A stretch of DNA of 64,000 bases from a virus: the IMG/VR virus record IMGVR_UViG_2822571654_000002. One strand, 5' to 3'. A program made the position numbers and the translations under genes. This document shows, piece by piece, positions 56,773 to 64,000 of this stretch (position 1 is its first letter; each line of letters starts with the position of its first letter). Below the pieces are notes generated by a model. It made no database searches. It worked only from the letters and a program-made list of their open reading frames with translations, and was not told the origin of the DNA.

Positions 56773-57930
56773 TTACTTAATAACTTCATTAAGCCATTCG
56801 GATTTGATTTGGTCACCTTGAACCAACCGTAACTCTTTAAACAAAAAAACTAAATCTGCCCCTGAAAATAGCTTTACAGGATATCCATCCTGATATACTT
56901 CCTTCTGAGCCTGTTTTGTATAATATGAAGTTGTAACAAAGATACCATATTGTCCACGAGATAAACGTGCCACTAAGCGTGATAAATGCCTTGGCCCAAC
57001 TCCACTTTTCCTGCCAAACTTTTTTGCTTCTCCCAGAAAACTTATATCATAGGACAAGGGATATGGTAAGCTAAAATGTCCTATAAAATCGAATCCCCCA
57101 TCTTTAGTCGGCCTTGTTTGCGTAATAGAGTGAGTTACATCTTTTAACTGTCGAAATAAAGCTACCGTTACTGCTTCAAATTGTATTGGAGATAGCGAAA
57201 CTAACTGTTCCAATATTTTAGCATCTGGACTTCCTTCTTTGGGTAATTGACTATCTAGAGTTCTTATTTTATTTTTCCATACATGTAATTTGTTTATTTT
57301 ACCATTTTTGTATTCTCTCCATGAAGAAGGTGCATCCTTATCTATAAAGTTGATCTCCTCAAAATCATTTGCTCTTGCTCGATTATGTAACCAAGTAATA
57401 TCTACTTCTTCAACATCAAGTATTGATAGGTGACATCTATAATTTTTTATTGGTAAACCACTTTTATTATCTACAAACCAAGTAAGTTCAAGTTTATCTA
57501 ATATACAAAGTCCATTAAACCTAACAATTCCCTTCCTTGTTTTTGAAAAATGTAGTATTGGGGGGACATGCTTAAAATTACCATCTAATATTAAATGATT
57601 GATAACTTCAAGCGTTTGATTTCCTTCAAAGTCATCATATCTCTTTTCATAATTGAATTTTGCATCACCCCAATATAAAATTTCTCCCTCAGATAAATCT
57701 ACAATATCATGCCAGGGATTACTTTCCCCCGAGTTTGTATCACTTGTCACCAATATTAGATATGCAGGTGCATCACTAAATCGTGATACATATTTTAAAG
57801 GGCGAATCCCTGGCGAATTTCTCATACCACTGTTCTTTATGTTTATCCAACGTGAAAACTGGTCTTCTTCATTACTGCTTGAAGCTTTATCTATATATTC
57901 ATGTCCTAACCTATATAAGTTTCCCAACAT
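56773..57930 (-). CDS. AspBHI/MspJI-like modification-dependent restriction endonuclease (SRA-like plus Mrr_cat)
   Basis: N-terminal GIR...NPWHD...ILYWGDAK...PILHF SRA-like domain; C-terminal FEAVT...DGGFDFIG...GEAK...GIFVTTSYYT Mrr catalytic domain. Confidence 0.85.
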   Translation of the reverse strand: MLGNLYRLGHEYIDKASSSNEEDQFSRWINIKNSGMRNSPGIRPLKYVSRFSDAPAYLILVTSDTNSGESNPWHDIVDLSEGEILYWGDAKFNYEKRYDDFEGNQTLEVINHLILDGNFKHVPPILHFSKTRKGIVRFNGLCILDKLELTWFVDNKSGLPIKNYRCHLSILDVEEVDITWLHNRARANDFEEINFIDKDAPSSWREYKNGKINKLHVWKNKIRTLDSQLPKEGSPDAKILEQLVSLSPIQFEAVTVALFRQLKDVTHSITQTRPTKDGGFDFIGHFSLPYPLSYDISFLGEAKKFGRKSGVGPRHLSRLVARLSRGQYGIFVTTSYYTKQAQKEVYQDGYPVKLFSGADLVFLFKELRLVQGDQIKSEWLNEVIK

Positions 57931-58329
57931 AATTGCCCCCATTGACGAGTTATTCTTTTTATAAGACTATCTTTATTAAAAAAACAAGATTAAAAACTCC
58001 TTATATTTTAACAGGAAAATCACACCATAATAATATTGTTTTTTTCAAATATAAAAAGTAAAGCATCTTTTAAATACTAACCTCATAAAAACTGTATACC
58101 GCGTACCTACAATCCCCCACCGCAGCGATACGAATTTAAGAACCGATTTCTTCCCCCAAAACGATAAGAATGAACTTCGGTGTTATTAAAGCACCAAAGT
58201 TCCGTTTAGGTGTACTTTAAAATTTTAGCTTGATAGGTATTTCTATACCCCACTAACAATCCAAACCAGATAGATATAATAATTACTTGATTTTCGCAAG
58301 GTTATATAATTAATTTAAATTTAAATAAA

Positions 58330-58383
58330 AAAACAAAACCCTATAAATCTACAATAAACGTTGATTTAATAGGGTTTTGTTTT
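58330..58383. repeat. 15-bp inverted repeat
   Basis: AAAACAAAACCCTAT (58330-58344) / ATAGGGTTTTGTTTT (58369-58383). Confidence 0.8.
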
Positions 58384-58580
58384 AAAAATAAAATCACCAA
58401 AAAAAATTACCCATTGCATTTAATATACCTACATTGTATACTGAATTCATCAAGTTGACACACAAAAAAACTTGTTTTTCACAATATACTTTCATCACAA
58501 AGTCTATAACATCAACATCTTTATACACTGCCATGTATGCGAGTTGGTGTTGCACACAAATATTAGGAGGTAACATTAAA

Positions 58581-59105
58581 ATGCAATTATATCAAAATGA
58601 AGAAATAAGAAGCAAGAAAATAGGACTTGTGCTACAACCATTAGGTCAACAAGGCAATGAAGAACTTACAATACTTAAAGCAGTTCATTTAGACGATATA
58701 GCCGTGGCTTTAACAGATGTACAATATACATATTTAGAAAAAATGTTCCCAAATAAGGAATTTCTAATTTGGGGAGTACACGATCGCGGAATTACAGCTA
58801 GTCGGTATAATCTAATTGAAAATTATTTTCACGTTCTTTTTTATAAGCAACGTAATTATTTTTTACGTGCAAAAATAGCCTGTAAGTTCCATAATCCAAA
58901 AGTAGCAAGCACTCTCTGGGAAAAAGATCAGGATGAAAAAGGTCGCAATTTTAACAACTTATATTTTTGCCCTGTTGAATCATTAGAGAATATCAACCTA
59001 TCTGTATTTGAAGTGAATGAAGTATTAGAATCAAAGCAAGATAGATTATATGGTATGAAAGTTTGTGTTGATGAAGAAGCAACGGCTTTATTGAAATTAC
59101 TATAA
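58581..59105 (+). CDS. Stand-alone PUA/EVE-like domain, paralogue of the middle domain of the next gene
   Basis: GGAGG SD; LVLQP, FP..IWGV, VLFY, K.H.PK...LW, F..LYF and NLSV motifs shared with 59182..60453. Confidence 0.7.
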   Translation: MQLYQNEEIRSKKIGLVLQPLGQQGNEELTILKAVHLDDIAVALTDVQYTYLEKMFPNKEFLIWGVHDRGITASRYNLIENYFHVLFYKQRNYFLRAKIACKFHNPKVASTLWEKDQDEKGRNFNNLYFCPVESLENINLSVFEVNEVLESKQDRLYGMKVCVDEEATALLKLL

Positions 59106-59181
59106 ATATACAAAATCGTGACCAAGGACTTAATTCTCTGGTCACGATTTTATACTAGAAGTACTAAAAGGAGCAACTAAA

Positions 59182-60453
59182 ATGACAGAAATAATGACAG
59201 GCTTACGTTATTTAATGAATGTCAAAGGGCAAAAAAACAAAGATATTGCGAAGATTCTTGACATCTCTACCCAAGCAGTTTCACTATGGACAAAAAAAGG
59301 CACTATTCCCAAGAAACATTTAGAAAGACTCGCAAATCACTATAAAGTATCCCAAGAATATTTAGTAAATCCACTTACTGCTGATACAATTAGTGTCATT
59401 GAAAAAGATGCAACGCCAATGATGCAAATTGGCCATAATGGACTTAACATGTATGGAGATTTTAATGTTGTGCTGCAGCCAACTAGTGATAAAATAGCGC
59501 GTACAAATTATGAGAATACAGTTCGTAAACTGCGAAATATTGAGGGATTTTCTGAGTATGTGAAAATAAACGAGCTAACTGATTTACATACGATCTTTCC
59601 AGAAGGACAATGCGCCGTTTGGGGTGTAAAGTCGGGTACCAATGACACAACAAAAAAGCAATACGATAAACTAACTCTCGGTGATTTCGTACTATTTTAT
59701 CAAGATAAACATTTTTATAACCGTGCAATTGTAGCATATAAAATACATTCACCTAAACTAAGTGAATATTTATGGGGAACCTCTATTTTTGAGCACATAT
59801 ACTTTCTACAGGATGTTCAACCATATAACTTATCCGTTATACGATTTAATGAAATTGTATATGGAAAATTAGAAGATTTCCCAGTAATGGCATTCCGCGT
59901 TTTAAACCGTGAACAAAGTTTACAGATTATTGATGCATTTGATATTGAAGCTGATTATTCTCCAACTACATTAACTGACAGAAAACAATCTCGTGAAGAT
60001 ATTTTGAAAGCACTGTTAAATTTAGAAAATAATAAAGAACTTGACCGTGATACAAAACGAAAATATCGCATTGAACAAAGTTTATTACGTGAATTTTTAT
60101 TTAATGGAAAAGAAGAAGTTACATGTGCCTGCTGCCAAACAAAACTTTCACCAGAATTTTTTGCAACAGCTCATATTAAAAAACGCTCGCACTGTTCAAC
60201 AGAAGAAAAACTAGATGTTAACGTTGTAATGCCTCTTTGCTACTTAGGATGCGACATGTTATTTGAAAAAGGTCTACTTGTCGTCAATTCACATGGCCAT
60301 TTCCAACGTACTGATGTAATAAATAAAAAGATTCCCTATGAGGGACGTTTAGGCACATTGCTTGCAAAGTATGACCAAAAACCTTGTTCTTATTGGAACA
60401 AAGAAACAGCCCAATATTATCAGTGGCATTACAAACACCATATAATGAAATAA
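59182..60453 (+). CDS. XRE-HTH plus PUA/EVE-like domain plus HNH nuclease
   Basis: N-terminal KNKDIAKILDISTQAVSLW HTH; C-terminal CACC...AHIKKRSHC...LCYLGCDMLFEKG HNH. Confidence 0.82.
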   Translation: MTEIMTGLRYLMNVKGQKNKDIAKILDISTQAVSLWTKKGTIPKKHLERLANHYKVSQEYLVNPLTADTISVIEKDATPMMQIGHNGLNMYGDFNVVLQPTSDKIARTNYENTVRKLRNIEGFSEYVKINELTDLHTIFPEGQCAVWGVKSGTNDTTKKQYDKLTLGDFVLFYQDKHFYNRAIVAYKIHSPKLSEYLWGTSIFEHIYFLQDVQPYNLSVIRFNEIVYGKLEDFPVMAFRVLNREQSLQIIDAFDIEADYSPTTLTDRKQSREDILKALLNLENNKELDRDTKRKYRIEQSLLREFLFNGKEEVTCACCQTKLSPEFFATAHIKKRSHCSTEEKLDVNVVMPLCYLGCDMLFEKGLLVVNSHGHFQRTDVINKKIPYEGRLGTLLAKYDQKPCSYWNKETAQYYQWHYKHHIMK

Positions 60454-60589
60454 AAAAGCTACAATAAGTCTTTGTATAACAATGAAGCCAAATCATGCAA
60501 TAAGCATTAGCGGACATTAAAAATAATAAAAAACAGAATAATTGAAGCGATAAAATAATATTTGGATTGACATCCGATACCATATTATG

Positions 60590-60630
60590 ATGGTTCAAGT
60601 CGCAGGAAGGCACCTTAGGGTGTCCTTTTT
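60590..60630 (+). repeat. Cassette-boundary repeat copy 3
   Basis: ATGGTTCAAGTCGCAGGAAGGCACCTTAGGGTGTCCTTTTT. Confidence 0.9.
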
Positions 60631-60714
60631 TCTTTATTCCTAAATCTATATTTTAACGTGCAATTCCCTTATTCTTATATAAAGGATAAATTAAAATAAG
60701 GAGGATATTTATAC

Positions 60715-61062
60715 ATGCAAAAAGGTGCTCTTATAATTACATCTTTATTATTTATAATTAGCTTATTTATAATTGGAAAAGGGATAATAGATCGTTATTT
60801 TATTACAGGTGATCCAAAATTAAGAGAAGAAGCCATTATAGGGATTATGTGGCACTTAGAAGAACAAGGGTATGCAAAGTCAGATGTTTTAGAAATTAAA
60901 CCTTTTTTTGATAGTAAACAAACTCAATATGGAGCTCATGTTATATTTAAAGATGAACCAAACATATGGTACAAATACGTACGTTGGGATAATCCTCATA
61001 CTGGCAAAATTGAATTTGGGCAAGATCATGAGGAACAAGGAAAACACGACGAACTAAAATGA
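60715..61062 (+). CDS. DUF3139-like membrane-anchored protein
   Basis: N-terminal TM; HLEEQGY...VIFKDEPNIWYKY. Confidence 0.75.
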   Translation: MQKGALIITSLLFIISLFIIGKGIIDRYFITGDPKLREEAIIGIMWHLEEQGYAKSDVLEIKPFFDSKQTQYGAHVIFKDEPNIWYKYVRWDNPHTGKIEFGQDHEEQGKHDELK

Positions 61063-61071
61063 TTAATATTT

Positions 61072-61108
61072 AATCCAGTCGGAGGAAGACATCTTAGGAT
61101 GGCTTTTT
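61072..61108 (+). repeat. Cassette-boundary repeat copy 4 (degenerate)
   Basis: AATCCAGTCGGAGGAAGACATCTTAGGATGGCTTTTT. Confidence 0.75.
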
Positions 61109-61173
61109 TAAAATAAAAAATGCCCTACATTTTACGTAGGGCACTTTTATATTTTATATGATAGAGTTATATT

Positions 61174-63135
61174 TTAACCCCACCACATTCCACCTTTACC
61201 AAAGGAGTGAATCCGTAATCCAATTACCCCTGGCATTGGGCGTAAGAAATCATACGGATGTATAATATAAAAATTACTTACTGGGAAGAAATCTACTCCT
61301 GCTCCATCTCTGAAAGATAAGTAAACTAATTTAGAACAATATGTTTTATAATCGTTACTCTTTGCAGAAGTTCCGAAAATATCATATCGATATTTAGACC
61401 CATTCTGATAAAAATGATTATAGGCGTAATCAGCAGCTCTAAATGCAGCTCCCTTATCCTTTTTATACCTTAAATATACAAAGTTAGAGTATTCCTGATT
61501 TCCCTTATGGATAAACTCCCATTTTGATAAAGGCATTATTTTGATTGCAGGCGATGCTGATGTTCCTGGTGCATGTACTAATAGATATTCTCCTTTATTA
61601 GCACCAGAGAACCCTTGTGTTTCAGTGAAGTCTTTACCAATAATACCAGAATGTCCTGTAACACCATAGTTAGAGTCTGGTGTAATAACAATGTCACCTT
61701 TTTGCACCCAATCATCTGGTATGTTCCAAGATGAAGTTACTGTTCCAGCACGTGCTACGCCTTGTTTTGGATTCTTTTGTTTTTCTGCTTCTTTTCTTAA
61801 AAACTCAGCTTTTTCTTCTTCTGTAGGTATTCTTACAGCTTCGTATGTATCATCAAGCCCTTGTGCTTTTAAGGCAGCTCTTGCTTCTGCAACTCTTTGC
61901 TGAGGTGTTTTATCTGGTCCAATATCATTTTCGTTGTAACCTAATGCCTGACGTAGTGGTTCCCTTTTTTCATTGAACTCTTTTTCAGCATTAAGAGACA
62001 TCCATTTCTGTCCCAAATACGTACCGACTAGATAAAAATCTCCCTGCTCTGTCTTTTTTCCATCATAAGCAACTAAATTTTTTTGAGGACCAAACTCAGA
62101 ACTTTTCTTAGCTTCTAAATACGGCTCATCAAAAGTAGTGAAATTAGCATTCACTTGCATTTTGATTCCATCAGGAGCAATCCACGTAGGACCTTCGTAT
62201 GTAACTACTTTCCACCAACCATCAGGACGTTTTTCTAATATTGGTAAGAATTTTTGAGGACCAAATTGATTTCCACCTGCTCCTTTAGTTGCTATAAGGG
62301 ACGGTTCATTATAGCTATAGAAGCTTTTATCAAGTACTACTGTCTCTGCAACACCTGGATACATCCATTTGTCGCCTTCCCAAGTTTGAACTTTAAACCA
62401 TCCTTTAGTATTTCCGTCAACCACTCTAATAGTAGTAGGGCTATAAGGTACTTCCATATTTCCTTTTTGAGATGCAAATGCAGGCTCATAAAACACTAAA
62501 AATGGTTTATCAAATGCTTTTAACTCCCCATCTAGGTTGACCCACTTATCACCCTCATAAGTTGCTACTTTCCACCAACCATTTGTACGTTTTTCTTTTA
62601 CAACAAGTGATTTTTGTGGCCCATATTGGTTTCCGCCACTTGCTTTTTCAGATGTAAATGAAGGTTCATTATACGCATAGAAATTTTTATCTACTTTTAC
62701 CGCTTCAGAATTAAGGAAAATCCATTTATCTCCTTCATTGGTTTGAATCTTTAACCATCCATCTTCTTGTCCATCTATCGCCGTAACTACTTGAGGTGCT
62801 ATAACATTACCATTGTTCCCTTTTGGTGATGTGAATTTAGGTTCAGCAAAAGTAATATAGGGTTTCTCTATTTTCTTTTTTTCCCCATCGGTATTAATCC
62901 ACTTATCGCCTTCCCAAGTTCCTATCTTCCACCAACCATCTGAACGCTTCTCTTTTACAGTTAGAGCTTTTTGAGGTCCATATTGAGCTCCACCATTTCC
63001 CTTTGCAGATGTAAACGATGGCTCGTTATATGCAAAGAACGATTTGTTAAATGGTATAACTTCATCAGCAAATGAAATATTGTTCGCTGAAAAAATTACA
63101 AATACAAATAATAAAAATGAAAACAATTTCTTCAA
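61174..63135 (-). CDS. Secreted protein with six SH3b/GW-like repeats and a C-terminal permuted NlpC/P60 (YiiX-like) domain
   Basis: Signal peptide; EP.F...KG...GW.K..T.EGDKW repeats; His before Cys (GHSGII ... YCSKLVY). Confidence 0.82.
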   Translation of the reverse strand: MKKLFSFLLFVFVIFSANNISFADEVIPFNKSFFAYNEPSFTSAKGNGGAQYGPQKALTVKEKRSDGWWKIGTWEGDKWINTDGEKKKIEKPYITFAEPKFTSPKGNNGNVIAPQVVTAIDGQEDGWLKIQTNEGDKWIFLNSEAVKVDKNFYAYNEPSFTSEKASGGNQYGPQKSLVVKEKRTNGWWKVATYEGDKWVNLDGELKAFDKPFLVFYEPAFASQKGNMEVPYSPTTIRVVDGNTKGWFKVQTWEGDKWMYPGVAETVVLDKSFYSYNEPSLIATKGAGGNQFGPQKFLPILEKRPDGWWKVVTYEGPTWIAPDGIKMQVNANFTTFDEPYLEAKKSSEFGPQKNLVAYDGKKTEQGDFYLVGTYLGQKWMSLNAEKEFNEKREPLRQALGYNENDIGPDKTPQQRVAEARAALKAQGLDDTYEAVRIPTEEEKAEFLRKEAEKQKNPKQGVARAGTVTSSWNIPDDWVQKGDIVITPDSNYGVTGHSGIIGKDFTETQGFSGANKGEYLLVHAPGTSASPAIKIMPLSKWEFIHKGNQEYSNFVYLRYKKDKGAAFRAADYAYNHFYQNGSKYRYDIFGTSAKSNDYKTYCSKLVYLSFRDGAGVDFFPVSNFYIIHPYDFLRPMPGVIGLRIHSFGKGGMWWG

Positions 63136-63280
63136 GCTAAATCTTCCTCCTTTGGAAATATATTAAATAAAATAGAAATTCATGTTATATAATGTCATAT
63201 TTTCATATAAATTTCTATATATTTCTATAAAATTAAAAGATGTTATTATAATTTGAAAAATGATATTATTTAAGATTAAG

Positions 63281-63321
63281 ATGATTCAGGTCGGAGGAGG
63301 GCACCTTAGAGTGTCTTTTTT
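63281..63321 (+). repeat. Cassette-boundary repeat copy 5
   Basis: ATGATTCAGGTCGGAGGAGGGCACCTTAGAGTGTCTTTTTT. Confidence 0.9.
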
Positions 63322-63433
63322 ATTTTCAAAAGGACCTGCTCATTTAATCCATAAAAACATAAAGTAATTTGAATCCATTAAAATACATGAGTGACTCCTT
63401 ATTTTTCTCCTACTATTTAAAGGAGGAATTATT

Positions 63434-63535
63434 ATGGGCTTTGGTGGTAGCTGCGGTGGCTTTGCAGGAGGATTTGCTTTATTAGTTGTATTGTTTATAT
63501 TATTAATCATTGTTGGAGCTTCTTGCTTCTGCTAA
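63434..63535 (+). CDS. yjcZ: YjcZ-family small sporulation protein
   Basis: AGGAGG SD; MGFGGSCGGFAGGFALLVVLFILLIIVGASCFC. Confidence 0.92.
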   Translation: MGFGGSCGGFAGGFALLVVLFILLIIVGASCFC

Positions 63536-63974
63536 AAAACTATCGGAAAAGGCACTCTTATATGGGTGTCTTTTCTTTATTTCTCAATATAAGAACTTTA
63601 AGGATATGCTATTATTTAAATACAAATTCCCTTTTGTGCACTGAGATAGTAATATCCAATAAAAAAGCCCACCTATTTCCGTAGGTGGGCCTTGTCTTTA
63701 TTACACAATATCAAAGTATACTCTCTTTTTCTCATAAACTTTATGTAATTATACATATTTGCGAAAATTACACTAAATAAATATTACATGTAGTAAAATA
63801 TAAACCGTGGACACGTTCTATAAAGCAGATTCTTTTGAAAGACGTAACATATTGATCTCAAATCTCTTGTATTTTGTGAACTAACAATCTGATGTATATA
63901 GACGATTCTGTTTTATAGGATGGGTTTATACGTATAACAAAGGGATAATACGGATAAGTTTATACTAAATGAAC

Positions 63975-64000
63975 ATGGTTCAAGTCGGAGGAAGGCACCT
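63975..64000 (+). repeat. Cassette-boundary repeat copy 6 (cut by window end)
   Basis: ATGGTTCAAGTCGGAGGAAGGCACCT. Confidence 0.9.

Noticed and set aside
58434-58580. Track start extending the 59105-ending ORF to 223 aa
   Set aside because: A clear GGAGG SD precedes ATG 58581, and homology with the downstream paralogue starts there.
2006-62499. Many short antisense or overlapping track ORFs (e.g. 4463, 5063, 9727, 13315, 19390, 21612, 24935, 26592, 37731, 42648, 46787, 54463, 57653, 61691)
   Set aside because: Shadows of well-supported genes on the other strand or frame, without SD or recognisable motifs.
50680-64000. GGTTCAAGTC in the repeats as a tRNA T-loop or tRNA-derived att site
   Set aside because: Flanks do not form a 5-bp T-stem and there is no cloverleaf; no tRNA gene found in the window.
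50680-64000. Repeats as a CRISPR array
   Set aside because: Intervals are about 0.4-5.2 kb and contain whole genes; no uniform spacers and no cas genes.

Overview
AT-rich Bacillus cereus-group DNA with two parts. (1) About 1-44950 is most of a temperate siphovirus-type prophage read mainly on the minus strand. From right to left it carries an arbitrium lysis-lysogeny module (aimR, aimP with predicted peptide MMVDPGGGMG, aimX), a cI/cro switch with TTGACC-N3-GGTCAA operators, replication and recombination genes, an ArpU late regulator, packaging, head, tail and lysis genes, and a moron region (SLH-only protein, LexA-boxed uvrX-yolD, FtsK plus relaxase-like module, PIN protein). The terL gene is split by a 982-nt group I intron (24760-25741) that encodes an HNH homing endonuclease; both splice junctions and the P1/P10/P3/P4/P7 pairings can be read from the sequence. 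No integrase is in the window, so the left prophage end lies outside it. (2) About 45100-64000 is an accessory island dense in candidate anti-phage genes: an SF2 helicase plus small partner, a DUF4062 protein plus small partner, an AbiD/F HEPN protein with an upstream promoter and hairpin RNA, a Lit/M48-like HExxH protease, a TIR protein, an AspBHI/MspJI-like modification-dependent nuclease, and a stand-alone PUA/EVE-like domain paired with an HTH-PUA/EVE-like-HNH nuclease. From 50680 to the window end this cargo is partitioned by same-orientation copies of a ~40-bp repeat (ATGGTTCAAGTCGGAGGAAGGCACCTTAGGGTGTCTTTT), resembling a cassette array. All family calls come from motif recognition by eye; no database search was run. 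Two ORF-track strand labels (31477 and 34200) disagree with the sequence.
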